Positions 27,701-42,500 of a stretch of 64,000 nucleotides of DNA are shown here, in pieces. Position numbers and translations under genes: made by a program. The notes under the pieces are model-generated. The model was not told the DNA's origin. It worked only from the letters and a program-made list of their open reading frames with translations, and ran no database searches. Source of the stretch: Balanoglossus misakiensis (Eukaryota > Animalia > Hemichordata); assembly GCA_040954595.2 (NCBI GenBank), contig CM082578.2, positions 11,291,166 through 11,355,165 on the forward strand. The letters run 5' to 3'. The stretch's first letter is position 1. Each line of letters begins with the position of its first letter.

Positions 27701-29183
27701 GCCACCCTTTTGATTCAAAGCTACTGGAATGCGCCGGAGACACAGTGAGTTTACTTTGTTTGTTTGGAATAATCCAATCCATAAAAGATGCGGGTACTGG
27801 TAATCACTAAGGTGATACGTTTATACGTAGATCAAGGAGACCGTGGCCGTGGTTTATGTCGCCTGGAACGCCATGCGCAGAACCGAGTGGTGAACAGGTA
27901 CAGGGTTTGCGGTTTTGTTTTTTGAACGTAGTTTACTTTCATCGCCAGACTGTTCGGTGGATTGATGAGATAGAAATGAAACGTCACTAGGAGTTACATA
28001 TTAATATGGGTGTTTTTCCATTATGGTGATGCAAAGGGTGGAGTGTGTGCCATGCTATATTAATAGCACCGCAAAATTAAATTACTATGAGTCACAAATC
28101 TGTAAATGTTACTTGAAAGACCACGCTATTTTGCAGGGCATATCTGCGATATTTCTCATGTTTCATTCAACAATTTTGTGGACGTTTGGTGTATTATTCG
28201 CTCGTGCTAGAGCGCCCACCCGTACCGCGATGCGGTTATAATTCAAGTTGCCGATTGTCGCCGAAAATAGCCGACCCTCCGACCTGAGTACTTTAACCTA
28301 GACCCCAAATTTTGTTGAACGTCGTCGTTTCAGCTGAGCACCAGTCTATTGCTATTTTTGTGATTTTATTGTGTGAATCGCACACACACAATGAAATATG
28401 CGAATGACATTGACAGAGTCCGACGTCATCACGATGCACACTATTACCAGTATTTGGCGAGTATCGGGGTTTGGCACTGCTGGTTGCTTTATATATTGGG
28501 CGCAACCGCCTCAACAGTGTCATATACACCTGCAACTATAGTTGAAATCCTGCACTTTCTGTTGCGCATAATTAGTGAGAATGGTTGCGTTACGGCAGCT
28601 TACGTCAGAAATATCAGCCGCTGTCGTAAGGCCTCACCCAACCAACCTCATTCGTTCTCGCTTGCAACGCATATTTTATGAATTGTTCATATGAAAGCTA
28701 GTATACGCGTCGTAACATGCTCATAATTTGCCCTTTTCGCTTTTGTTATATATTAAGTACATATTCATGTATACGCTAATGTCCATAGACTGGAAAACAG
28801 TGGTTTCCAGTACAAGACATGCAGGTCAGAGATGGACAATATTTTTTATCCAGTTAGAATTTTCGTTATATTATAGGACGGTCACTTTATGGAATCACGA
28901 TAGTTATATTAATTTCATTTCCAAGTGCAATTTTACACCATTTGTCTATAAACCATGTTCTTTATATCTTCACGGTTAACGTCATCATCATTCAGAAAAT
29001 ACGTCATTTCGACACCATCGTGTACCAATCCAAACTGTTCAACATATTTGTCTTCGTCAGTATCTGGTTACTATTTTACGCGCGTGCGTTATGCGGGTAC
29101 ATGTATTAAAATACCATGTTGTCATATCAACCTCTGCTGAATTATCTGTGTATTTTATTTCTTCATTCTAGATCTCTAACACA

Positions 29184-31660
29184 ATGCCCGAGTGCGCGGA
29201 CTGCAAGAAGACCATCAGGTACTTCAATAGAAACTAATTTTACTATGATCGTAAAACTGTTTCGCAAGAGGCGTCTATTTGATATGGCTCCAGAAAACGT
29301 TTACACTCCCTAAAAATCGAAAGATAAACAACGTATCGCCGGTGAAGGCGCTGTGTTCAACTGAGTGGCCTTGCCGTTGAGGTGACTTGCAGTGGGGTTG
29401 TAAATACATGTATATCAACTACCAGCAATTTCATCTGAATTTTAAGGACAACATTGACGTTGATTTGCATCCGGCTTTGACATGAAGGGTGAAGGGCGAG
29501 ATAGGTGTATTGTTTGGAGTGTTAGTGTATTAAGTTGACCCTACCAAAAGTATCGGCATGCGGACTTTTCAGTGGGGCCAACGCAAAGTTTAATCAGCCA
29601 TTTTTTTGTAAACTGAAAATGGTTTGATTTCTGTTGCCACAATGGTTGCCCTACTTCTCGTGAATGTAAGTTTGCCAGAGTTAAAGATTGAGACTTTTTC
29701 CTTAGTGCTTGTGTTTTTAGTAATCTACATTTTTCTACATCACAGTGGCACTATCGTAACTGCCTTGGACAAAGAGTGGCACCCGGATTGTTTCCTGTGC
29801 TGCGAATGTCACTGCCAGCTGAGAGGAAAGAGTTTCTACACAACCAAGGTGGGGCGAGTCATCTGCGAGTTGGACTACAAAATCTTCGAGGCGTCTCGTT
29901 GTTCGAAGTGCCACGAAGCAGTCACGGGGGTAAGATGGCATCCTTTGTCGAATTATAAGTAACACAAATCTTGGAACAGTCTATAAGCTAGGTTAAGCCA
30001 CGAGGGCGCTGTCGAAAGACGGATTTCCGAACTTGTACGGAAGGGACCGTCCCAGATTTATGCATGTGTCCAAAGTCATTCACTCGACGCATGCAGCCTG
30101 AGTATTTTCGCTTTCCCGTCTTAAACTATATAAAAAAAATGCACAGGTGTTCCGCTCCGTGTGAAATTGAAAGGGTCTCGCATTTAAGATTTGCCGGCTC
30201 TACCTCGTTTTGAACTTCACCCTGCAGCTGCATGATATTTTCTTTGTACAGTCGACTTGCGCACAAGTCTATCACGTATCTTGACAGCGTGTCTTATTAC
30301 CTGGATGTTGTGGCGTTTTTTTTGTTACAGGAGATTGTTACGGCCCTGGACACCAAGTGGCACCCTCACTGTTTCGTGTGTACACTGTGCCGCAACCCGT
30401 TTGGCAGTGATGGATTTATGGTGAAAGACGATAAGCCTTACTGCAAGAAAGGTGAGAAATGGAGGTCGGAAGGTCTTGCCCGCGTGTTGCCGGCAAGTTG
30501 TTGTACGGTATCCACTTGACCGGCCCAGTTTCCATCGGCAGTCTTCCGCACTCCTCAGGATATTCTTGTCGCCATCTTAATTTTAATCAGCGTACCACGC
30601 CGGACATTCGTAGAACTACGCTTTTGAAATCCGTATATATGTGTGTGTGTCTGAAAAATCAATCAATCAACCAATCAGTCAATGCTCATTTCATGCCTTA
30701 TGCCAAAACATGTCACTTTGCACTCACATGCATCACCATATTCCATCTGCCAGCTTCGAAAATTAAGAGTCACGTTTTGTTTTCACACTTCGCAACAAAG
30801 ATTTTCATATAGGCACTGGAGTTCGACTACAACGAAAAGCAATAATCTTGCAATAATCTTGTATCCCCCTCCAGATTATCAGGAGCAATTCTGTGGAGGT
30901 CAAGACGTTAAGGTGGTGACTTCCGAAACGTGCTACGGGTGCAGCGAGAAACTGGGATCGAAATGGGTCGAGGCCATGAACCAGACCTGGCACCCCGATT
31001 GCTTCGTTTGCTCCGTAAGTACCGATTTGAAAATGCCCGAATCACGAAGTGGGTGGAATCTATGAGTGCGAATCAAAAATGGCATCCCAACTTCTCCACA
31101 CGCACTGTAAGTATACCACCCCCACGCACCCATTTCACTGAGTTCAGTTCTAATTCACCTGATTTATTTTCTCCATTTACATAATCACTGCTTTTCTACG
31201 ATCCCTTCTCAAAACACTTGACACCTCAGAACAAATTCACGCCAATATCAACAATCCTGTTTTCACCGCCCAACCGATATCCGTGTATATACAGACGGTT
31301 TTCACAACATCCTTCGCCCCTTTGCAATTAGTCAATTTTATCGACCGGCATGAAAATATTAAAACAACACGTTGTAGCTATGTTGCCAGTGTGAGTGTGT
31401 TAACAATTTTATGTTCAGAATGAGTGTGTGCATGGTGAATTCGTTGTCGTGGTGGTGGCGTTCCTACCAGTATGGCGGACACTTCTATCATTCTACTAAC
31501 ATAACCGTTCAACGTTGGCTCTTCTGCTACAAACGATGCCAATCATCTTTAATCCCTCTTTTCTTTTCTTCTTTTAATCCCAAAGAAATGTAACGACTCC
31601 TTGTCTGGGGAGAAGTTCTTCAACGTGGAAGGGAAACCGGTCTGCACAAAGTGTGGGTGA
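29184..31660 (+). CDS. LIM gene 1: three-LIM-only paxillin/leupaxin-like protein, 184 aa
   Basis: join(29184..29218,29746..29929,30331..30451,30875..31014,31586..31660). All introns are GT-AG, phases 2/0/1/0, 555 nt open. Protein: MPECADCKKTISGTIVTALDKEWHPDCFLCCECHCQLRGKSFYTTKVGRVICELDYKIFEASRCSKCHEAVTGEIVTALDTKWHPHCFVCTLCRNPFGSDGFMVKDDKPYCKKDYQEQFCGGQDVKVVTSETCYGCSEKLGSKWVEAMNQTWHPDCFVCSKCNDSLSGEKFFNVEGKPVCTKCG. Three complete LIM motifs with the paxillin-type 'VTALxxxWHPxCF' signature. AATAAA at 32128. Confidence 0.93.
31041..31112 (+). pseudogene. Decayed tandem duplicate of the 3' half of LIM gene 1 exon 4
   Basis: Translates as ITKWVESMSANQKWHPNFSTRT|GTAAGT, versus the real exon GSKWVEAM--NQTWHPDCFVCS|GTAAGT. 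Both Cys are lost and it is out of frame with exon 4. Confidence 0.65.
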
Positions 31661-34600
31661 TTCTTCGCCAGCCGTCAAAAGTTGCGACTCTCTCCAGAGC
31701 ATGCGCAGTGCAGAAATCTGACAAACGATTAGAGTACGATTTTTAGGACCAAATCATTCGATTTTAAGAGGTGGCAGTAAGAGTGATCGATTCCAATCGT
31801 CTTCGATATGTACCCTCTTAAAGTGGGGTGGTTTGTACCCTAACGTGGCAATATCTAAATTGGGTGGAAGGATAGAAGTAAGAAACAGACATTGGATGTC
31901 TTCGAATATTTTAGAAAACATATGTATAACTAATAGACAGTGTTTTATTGGTATTTTAGTTTTGTACCTTTTTTTGTTTTTCATAATTTTTTATATGTTG
32001 TTTGGTTTTTATAACTCCCAACTCCACCTTCGCGTGGATACAAACCAAAGAATTAACTTTAGATATAAACTAAGACAATTTAATTAATATTATAATATCA
32101 AGAGCGTCAACTTGGAACCCGTCTCCTAATAAAGAAGTACGGGAATATTGTGGACTTAGATTTTGACAGTGGTCTTCAATAAGGTGTGAATAGTATTGAT
32201 TTTATACGCAAAGGTGACGAAATATTTAAATGAAATGGTGTAGACGTTAGTATTGTAGACGTTAGCTTGTATTAAACAGTTATCACATGTGAAGCACTGT
32301 GCGTTCAAATGAACTTGAATAAAACGACCAATTTCAAATGTAATGGCGAAGCGTCTTTCCTTGTTATTTCTCTCTAACTTCTCCAAACGGACACTTTCGT
32401 CAAGTTCTACGAATGGTATTCTGGGATAAAAACAAAGCGTCCTGTAGCAGTCGACGCAGAAACATGTGATCTTCGACAGATTGAAAGGCAAAGCGGTACT
32501 CGTCACCACTCTTGTGTTGACGCGTCTGTACGACATTTGTTTTACAAACTTGACTTGTGTGGTCAACCGTTTGGTGTTGTGTAACCAATAATTGGCATTG
32601 CTGCTCGTACTCATCCATGTGACGATAATATTTTTTTTCTCTCCAAAACCACACAAGACGACCGGAATTCGATATAGTCATACACAAATTGCAATTTAAT
32701 CATTTGTAATCGTCATGTAGGTCTATGACACTGAATTGTAAGCCGGCTATAGCGAAGAAGTACGGTTTATGTGCACATTTGACAACCAGGCCAGAAAGAG
32801 GGGGGGGGGAGAGAAGGGGGGATTGACTAGTAAAACCATTTTTATCAAGGAAATTTAACTTATTTTTCTTCACCAGAATCGCGCTTATGTTTACTTATAA
32901 TATAAAGTTTACTTTCATTAATTTGTTTTGTTATAACTGGTGACAACCTCAGACATGTACAATATATGATGCCTCCAGCTATTTATATATCTTATACACT
33001 TAAAGCCACGCCAGCGTCTTCCTTGTATGGACCGGATTAACTTGATCCCAGGTATCAGATACCCGACCTTTGAATAATTTAATGCAACTCAAAGTTCATG
33101 CGCTTGAAGTGATGACTCCGATAGGTCAGCTAATGACCCGCACGATCGGAAACAAAGACTCTCATTATGAGTAACTTAAGGGGTGGATCATTTGATATGC
33201 TTGGAAGATGGAGAATGCGCCTCCATCGAATATATTTTTCCATCCACCTAAAACCGGGCGTGTTATTCACACCCTATTATTGTGAGTCACGATGCTATGC
33301 GAGAAAAACAACACACAAAGCATTTGCCGAGGCTTAAGACAGTGGTCTTACCATATAGGCCTAACCCATCTGTCACTAAGCTCCCCGGGGCCCTCCCTCA
33401 ATACCTGAGACAACGTCGTGCTTCTTTCGTCAATACAGCGCTAATGAACTTCTTACGCCGGGAGAACTTGTAAAACGACATAGACTCTTTCTAAAATACC
33501 ACAGGAACAAAGAGTTGCGCAAAGAGTGTAAGACAGTCGGGTGACGCAGGATTCCCACGGAGTGCAGGAAACCCAGTCCTGTTGTGATAATGTTATTATT
33601 TTGTCTCCCGCTGCATCACGACTTGGAAGTTCAAATCTGCGCAATTTCCTAGAAAATTTTAAATATTTCATCAGACGGAATTGTAATCATAATATTCTGC
33701 ATGAAGTATTGAATGTTAAGAAGTGTAAGCAAAAATAAAACACAATGCTCTGCCTGTTTTCGTTTACACTTTGTTTATGAATAAACGCCGGACGGGGGTT
33801 GAAGAAAATAATGAAAATATACCCATAGTATGAAACACGCCATGCCCATGTCATACAAACGGAAGACATAAAACTAAATAAAACGATTGTTTTAACCGAG
33901 GAAAACACACATCCTGTCTCTGAATTTCATGTGCTTGCTTTTAAAGAGTATATTTGCTAAAGCCTTCGTTGTTTCGTTCATTAATTCGCCCATGTCAAGC
34001 TGCCATGGAGACCGAGGTCTCTCTTGTAACTGACTCATAACTATATGAAAAATCATAAATCACGTTGTTGGCACAAACGAACGGCTGCACGCGCGTCTGA
34101 GGTTTGAACTGTGACTTGGAAAGCTGTCGGCAGGAACACAACAATCGCTGTGGGTTTTTTTTATCCGTTAACGTCTTTCGCAGACTTCAGACGGACACGT
34201 TTCAAGAATTCCTCCACAATTTTTTACAGCACACGGCGGGATATGCCGATACACTTATCTCCAAATTGTCGGTCATGAGTCAGAATCCCGAGACTTGAAT
34301 GACCGACATTTTGTTTTTTTATGTCTAAGAAGTCACGTTTACCGTAATCTGCTAATGTTCTGCCAGAACCCAAGGAGATAGGTTGGTTTAAAAACCGCCA
34401 ACGGGGTCAAGCTCCTCAGTGGAGAGGTTCGCTTCAGTGTAACCCGGGTTCATCAGTATGGTATTGCCATGGCAACAACTGAAGGCAGACGATCCTCCAA
34501 ACCGCAGTCCCACAACCAGAGACACTCAAACGCGCCCATCCAGTCAAAGATATGCATTGGGGGCAAACCCGTGGGAGTTATTCACGGGACCTGTCTCATA

Positions 34601-37600
34601 TTGTCATTTTAATAGTTTGACCAACGCGCCTAGTGAGTGCTTTACCTGTTTTGGAAATGAAATGGCCTTAGTTTGTAGTATGGTTGTACGGCGGAAGCAT
34701 TTTTGCACACAGCACTCAAATGCACTGCACACAGCCCTAATCCAGATCTGCATCCAGTCGTATTTCAGTCTCTACCCGATGCAAATTCGTCGGCATACCA
34801 GACTTAACTCGGGCTTGTTAACATCCGCTGAAAAAAACACTCCGAATTTTGACCCTACGTGAAGCTATTTACATCGTATTCCTGTCACTGTGTGTTTTCA
34901 ACCCAGTACGGTAAGACGACCATTTCACTCCCATCGCTTCATATGTACGATTTATCTGGCTTTTTTTATCAAGTTGAAGTTATCACTAATGCCCTAATAA
35001 TAGACGCTCGCGGCGAGATTTGCGACAATCAACGGCTACTTGTCAAATCGCACTGTTTGTTGACATGTCAGTGGCTATCACTGCGGGTCTTCACTAGCCA
35101 TGACAATCCGGGCGACTGTGCCTGGATTTCGGACACACGTCACTGCGCATCTTAATAGACAGGGGCGTAGTGAGTCACCCGCCGCAATTGTAACTTGCAT
35201 GCGCTAATAGAACCGAGTGGTTAGCACACTGATGTGTTTTTGACATGATAAACTAGTTTCATCACATTCCGCGTCCCGTTTCCATCGAGGCGCTCGGCAA
35301 TTCGACGCATCGTAATCTTATCAGTCCCGCGTAATTCAGTAGCGGCGTCTCGTTGGAATGCAAGGCTGTCTTTAAAGCCATCTTCACTCACATACCTGTA
35401 GGCTGTCAGTGTGTTCGTGCGCCTCGCACTCACCAACGGCCCGCTTAAAGGTATCAATGGCTCAGCGATGAAGGTGTGTCCGCCTATTTGCAGAATCGGG
35501 AGCAAACAACCTCATACGTCCCATTCATTTCAATCGGTGACGTTTTACCCGTATGTTCGCTCGCATCGCAATCACGTGACAATCTGAGGGTTCAATTTAC
35601 TTATCCGCGAGGTAAAAGGGTAGCTGTTCGCTGAAAGAGATGAACAAAGGCCCGTAAAACAGAAAGCGCTTTGTACTGGTAAGAAAAATGCCCCGGCAGA
35701 TAAATGGGCTGACAATGACATGAATACGTGTCAATGCCAGTATATTGTATTCACAAGGAAGAATACGCCACCGGCGTCATTGTTGTGCTTGCAACTCGGT
35801 GGGTGGGGTCCTGTTTTTGCCGAAAGTGGGCAGGTTTGGAAATACTGTTTACGTGCACACAGTCAACGTAGGGCGTCGAAAGCCGACCATCGGAGACGAA
35901 ATGACATCAACGACCAAACATTTCTGACGTTGGCATAGAACTTAGAAAATCACGCAATCATTGCAATTATTCGCAGATTAGAAGTGTTGGTACTCGTGTC
36001 GTGTCGTGTATTTCATTTCTATGACACTGACGGCTTTCGCTGTGTGTGAAAAAATAAAATCTAAAATCATAATAATATGACAAATTTGTGATCCCGTGTA
36101 CATGATGGCACCCGGATTGACCGTCCACTGTAAAAATAGAAAACCCTGTTCTTACATTAAGTGTAATTTAACCTATTTGCCCGTCTCCTTGACCGTTTTA
36201 TTCCTGGTTGTGATGGGGGCCCGGGGGGAGAAACAAACACCCAGGGTGGGAGGACACAACCAGCGGTTGATTAACACCGTCGATGGTGAGTGGATTGTCT
36301 ACTCTCAGACACGTTTGATGATGACCAACCACTACAGTCAGTCTGATCAGCGCAGACACCATTGTGAACTGTAGTGCATCGTAAAAAAAGTCTAAAGTAA
36401 AATCTCCAAATGTTAAAATTAGAACAGCCCAGCCATCGTTAAAAAATTATTCAATTGTGAAACATTCGTAAATTCCAGCTGCGCGGATGTCGCGGTGATT
36501 GCCCTGAAATCCACGTCTGCAGTCGTGCAGCAATCGCGGGCTATAAACACTGTGACCCCAGACAGCTGGGGGCGTCACACTGCGATGACCCAGAAGGAAT
36601 AATAGGGGAGCGGGCGATATTCAAATAAAACGCGTTCCTATGGAGAAAGTCACCGACTACAAACACACCCTTGTCTCCAGCAAGCTTTCCGTGTCGTGAG
36701 AATTAATGTGCGCAGTGACACCGAAAAAATGGGCTTGGTCGCTGATCTTTGTTAGAGACTCGAGAGGGAGAGGTGAATAAATATCATTGACAACATCATT
36801 GGCGGTATAATTTTTGGAGGTTGCAGTTGCCGTGTTTTCACTTGATTCTGACTGCAGCGCATCACACGCAAGGGTTTATGGGTAGCACTGGGAACAGACT
36901 GAAGTGGGCTTAGAGACCCAGTAACTATGTAACTTTTGCCTATTTGTGTCTGTATTTTTATCCCATGATCAACTCCGATTTCTTATTCTGCTCTTGATAT
37001 TACTGTTCGAAACGTTCAGTCTTTCACTATTTTGGATTGCTATGTGCCGTATAGACAGCGAAAACAAAGGATCTTTCTCGTCAACTGTCACAAGGGCGCG
37101 GTGCTCAGGGCAGACGGGGGATGTCGTTTAAATAACATGATAGTTTTTGTCCTCTTAAAAGCAATTTAAATATTCATGAAACCATTCGATATAAACTACT
37201 TAAAATGCCAGAGTTTCTACCGCTGTTCATTTAATCCATTTTCCAGTGTAAACATGACTATTTTATTCAATCGTTTCTAGGCCACACCTTTTTGAAAGAA
37301 CTCGCCGACCTATCACGACCTCTTTGTGTTCCCAGCCTTTATATTCACTCTTACTATCTTCGGGTTTGCGCTTTCTCTCAAATCAACTCACATTCTTCTC
37401 TGGCTGACTGTCTTTATGCAGAAAAAAAGATGAAAATGTCATTGCGTTTCAGTTTTCCATGTACAAATGCCAAAGGTTGCGACCTGTGAAATGTAGCTCA
37501 TGTATGGAAAACAACCTCACAATTGAAAAACATCTCCGACGCCTAACCTTTTACACGTATTTCTGAAGTATATCAAGTGGCTGACTCCATTTTTGTCTGA

Positions 37601-39504
37601 TGCGTAATCAATCTACGTTTTCGTCTGTTCAGAGGGCGACGTTTAATGTGAAAAACACGATCACATGGCAAAATTGTCTGCTTTTCGTAAAATATCGGCA
37701 TGTTTCTCTTCGTCAAGTCTCGCGAGTCTTGCCAAAGTTGACTTTACACTGGTTCGTTTTCCTCGATTGAGTGTCATACCATGTTGACACTGTCTGTGTG
37801 GGAGGGGGCACCATTATGAGTCAAATCAACCACATGTTCATGTGAGTATCAGTCAGACTGTATTTACATTCATTGCAGCCACCGATCCGACTGACAGTTA
37901 CATATATAGACAGTGACCCTGAGAAGTGAAACTTACACATTTCGACTCAGTGATGTCATACAGAGAGAAAAAAACATCATACACAAAAGCAGCGTGTGTG
38001 TGTTATGAACAAAATATTAAGTGCAAAAAATGAATATATTAAATAAGAGTAGACATGTAATGGTTATGCAATGGTAACGCCAGCTCAAGCACTCGGAATA
38101 CCAGAGGATAATAATATTGTATTAGTTACAAGCATCGGATTATGATTGTCGGATATGATCGCATAGTCGGGATTTTATGCCAGTCTTGTTATGAAACCAC
38201 TTGATTGTTCATATTTGAAAATACCCATTCCGTGTGATTTGTCATTCTCTTGAGATTGGATAACAAAAAGGGGTAGTATTGTAAACTTTCTCAGCCCAGT
38301 CTTGACCTTGCGTCAAATCAGTAGAAGGTCAGATTGACTTCAAGGGCAAGCCAGTTACGTCATGTTTCTTGGTTGGTGAGCTGTCATCTCCAGATACAAA
38401 ATTCAGCGGACGATGTCTGGTTCCAGCGTAGTACAGACAGAATAGAAGCAGGGGATAAGCCATTCTCGACCGAATTCTATCTAGTCAACATTGCTATGCT
38501 CGGAACGAGAAAAAAAATCCCCAAGGCGTGCTATGCGCCTGTAGTTTAGATCCATGGAATGTTTGATGAACGAAACGAGGTGAATAACTCAGACGGCACT
38601 GGCAAATGTGATCAACAAAGCACTGGTATCGATATCACATCCCGAGTATCGATGTCACCGCTTTAGGTGCTATACCATTGGCCCCTTCGATGTCACGTGG
38701 TCAAACGACAATGACAATTTCGCTCTCCAGCATACATGTAATTATTATAAAAAGGCGCGGACAACTGCTTATTTTTGGAGTATGTTGCCACACCCAAAGT
38801 TAAATATCCTTTTATTGATGACACTTCTCTTGATTTATATCTCTTCATTTGTGTACTAAGCGCTGAAAGGTTTATTTCAGTAAAAAAATTATTCACATTT
38901 AATATTGCTGAATCATGTTTATTTTCAATTTTTATGCACTCATCGCGGCCAATTTATTCTGGTCATCTGGCACATACGTTACCATGGCAATCATGGATTT
39001 TCAAGTCTAATTTATAAAATTGTCGCATTTGGCAACTGACCATGGCTGCCCTATGTTTCTGCCAGACGATGCCATCAGAGATGGGACCGACCGACAAACT
39101 TTAAGGTCATATTTGCCAGGGCGTCTCTGTGATGTATTTATATTTAAACGCGCTCAGTGTCAGAGGTCAGACTGCGACCTTCGTGCGTGCAATTATATAG
39201 GGAGCTGGTGTTGTTATTGTTAATATTCAAAGAGAGGGTTTTACTGTCGTCTGCAGCATCATATTCAGCGTCAGGTCACGTGCACCCTGTCAATACGACA
39301 TCATATATTGTTATTTCACACATGAGTCATGGCTGACAGTATTACAATCTGGTTTGTCTGAAGCTCTTCCGAGCAACATACCGCAGGCCTTGCCATGTCA
39401 TTCTGAAGTTGATTTTGCGACCATATTTTATATTTCCCCCTTAAAATCTAACCTCAATTTTGTCTGGCTTTATTTCCTTTCAGACCCATATCAATTAGGT
39501 CATC

Positions 39505-42500
39505 ATGCCCATCTGTGCGAAGTGTTACAAGTCAATATCGTAAGTGTTAAAGTACGGTAGAAAATGTAATAAGATCCAGTGTTTCAGGTCAACACAAGCC
39601 CGCTTTCTTGCTTCATAATCATTTGAAACTTCAAACGATATTGTTTCATATTGATACTTTTTGAAATGTCACGTGATCGTGAGCTTATGTTTTCTGAAAC
39701 CTGAGTTTAGCATGTGCGGTCCAATTACTCTTTCATACAGACAATTCATCATGCAGATAATTTGATTCATCAAAATCCCCCTTTCTATCGCCAACCCCGG
39801 CCGAGGCGTGGATTACCGATTTATACGGTGTTATCCAGGGTTTAGCAGTAAGAGGCGTGACCTTTGACCCATACAGAATGACTAATTCCACCGTGTAATA
39901 TCCATTTTCTTTACAGCGGCACTGTGGTGAAGGCCCTGGACAAGGAATGGCATGACTATTGCTTCACGTGCTCAAAATGCCCCGAACGACTGAGCGGCAA
40001 GCAGTTCTTCACCGACGAGAACGGAAAGCCCTTCTGTGAGATCGATTGGAAGATCCTGAAGGCTAAGCGATGCGCCAAGTGTTATGAAGCAGTGGTTGGG
40101 GTAGCTACGACTTTTACTCTCGTCGTTTTGTGGCCCGCTGTAACAAACACATGTATTTGCAGGTCTTGGTTTACGTAACATGCATTGGCCAATCAGTTAT
40201 GAAAATGCTATACTATTATAAAAGGGGAAGCTCGTTTTATTCGAACAGTTTGGAGTTAGATATACTGTTAGGTATACATGTATTAATATAATAATGACAA
40301 GAAGAGAAAAAAAGTTTGTCATCCATACTCATGGATTATCGAACTCGGGTTTCGAAACCACGCATTATCGGGTTACGCTATTAGAAATGTTGTGGAAGAA
40401 CTTCTTTATACGACAGGCCGTTTGGTGCCTGCCGACAAATTGGATTACGTGACCCGTTAAATGTAATTGCAGTAACGGAACACCCGTTTCGACGCCTGGC
40501 TATTTTGTTTTCATAAATGACCGTTATTATTAACCGGTAAGGGGACGATCACAAAACTGCCGCGTTTAATATGATTGATTTATCGTGTGTGAATTTGGGA
40601 AACGATAGAATGATAGACGAAGCGAAGACAAACTATTTTAGTACGCTTTAACAAGAACCAACGTCACGCTCTCTACCGATGAGTGAGAACTCTTAAAACC
40701 ACTGTTTTCGATGGCAGTTGCTCTCTACAACAACACTGGCCTCGTTTCCCGCCAAAAAGCTCGGAAAAGCCTGAGAACTCAGCTGATAACGTCGCTCTCA
40801 ATAGTAAAGGGTCGAAAGTTGAAGAGCCGATCAAACACTAAACAAAAACAGGACGGTCTGCAACCGAGTTCTTGTTTTTTAACTGTCTGAGTGTTTTGGC
40901 TGCGGTTCCTTTCATACGCAAGTTGTATGATAACATATATCAATCGAGAAATCACCTTTGGCCTCCATTAAAAAGCCACTGTATATCAGTCACAGATGAT
41001 ATATTGACTGGCTTGCCATGCATTAGGCCCTATACAGGTAAAAGTTAAACCTATCTTTTCCCACCACCCTACTCATTCCGAACAAAATAATATCCGAATA
41101 ATATCATAATTCGAAGAATTTAGGAGTTGTTTTAGTTATTGATTTTTTTATGTGTTCATAGGAAATTGTGACAGCCATGGATAAGACATGGCACCCGCAC
41201 TGCTTTGTGTGCACTCGATGCCGCAAACCTTTTGGCGATGACGGCTTCATGGTCAAGGAGGATAGGCCTTATTGTAAGAAAGGTAAGGACCGTATAGACT
41301 TCGGATCAAATCATTTATTTTACAGTGTTACATGTACCTCCAATGCAGTTCCACAGTGACACGGAGACGCGCTCCCTCAGGACGGCTCCCAAATCCCACG
41401 CGGCGTCCTCGAAAACATCCACCACGGCTTCACCAAGTCCCTTCGGCAGTGTCAATCCTCAGCTACCACAGTAGACAGGCACTCCGTACGGTGGACTCCA
41501 AAACTCCTCCAATGCGACGGCACAGCTACCAGACCAGAATCAAAATGAGCCACACGACAACGTGGCACTGGGTGGCTTTTATACGACCAAAACTAACACC
41601 TGGTCACGTTAATATGTTAAATAAAGAAATTAACATAGGTGCACCTGGCCACGAAACAAAACAAATAAGAAACTTCATCACAACAGTCTGAACCGTACGA
41701 TGAAGTTCCCACCACGCACATACATATAGGAATGTGCACTGCGCAAAATCACATCTGTTGAGGGCGCATCGTCAGTGTCCGCCCTGGCTGGGCTGTGATG
41801 TGAGTGGGTCTACTCCACTTCCGACAAACTACCCAGTAAAATTTCAATAACTGTGGTTGTTAGTCGGGTGCTGGAGTGGGTGGACGGCACAAAGTGAATG
41901 ACCTGAAAGGAGACATTATCAGGTCACCGGATTGCTGCCTGCTGCACCTCACCAAAACAGATGCCACCACATTCCATTTCTTGAACCACAACACGCCGTT
42001 CCATATATCCACCTGACAAGCCCCGCCTTCATCCATCGATTTAATACCATTCCTTCTTTCCCAGACTATCAGGATCTGTTCGCCGGTGGAAAGGAAGTGA
42101 AGGTGGTCTCCTCCGACATCTGCTATGGCTGTGACCAAAAGATTGGGTCCAAGTGGACCGAGGCCATGAACCATACATGGCACCCCGAGTGTTTCGTTTG
42201 CACCGTGAGTCTCAATTCTCCACCACTACAATCTTTTCATTTCTTTCAGATACATGCGTGTAGGCAGAGTTCGCTAAATAACTAAACCTGACATAGTACC
42301 GTTTTTATTTTCTTGAAAATTCTTTCTTAAAATAATTGCAATGTTTCCTTAAGAAGTGATATGCACGTGGATGATTTTTACTTTTAAATGTTAGCATTTT
42401 TAAATTCGTGAAACGTTTAACCCGAACGTTTAACTAAAATAGTAGTGATGTTTAAAACTAACGAATACGCCACAATTGGAGACGGGGTACGTGTACTTTA

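Noticed and set aside
32156-32656. Longest unexplained ORF (166 aa, minus strand) and similar ORFs at 8056-8547 and 18444-18923
   Set aside because: No recognisable motifs, composition typical of non-coding sequence, and no supporting exon structure.
36470-36780. TATAAA plus CAGCTG E-boxes as the promoter of LIM gene 2
   Set aside because: Plausible, but an equally good TATA/donor combination exists near 39140-39275. I cannot choose between them without transcript data.
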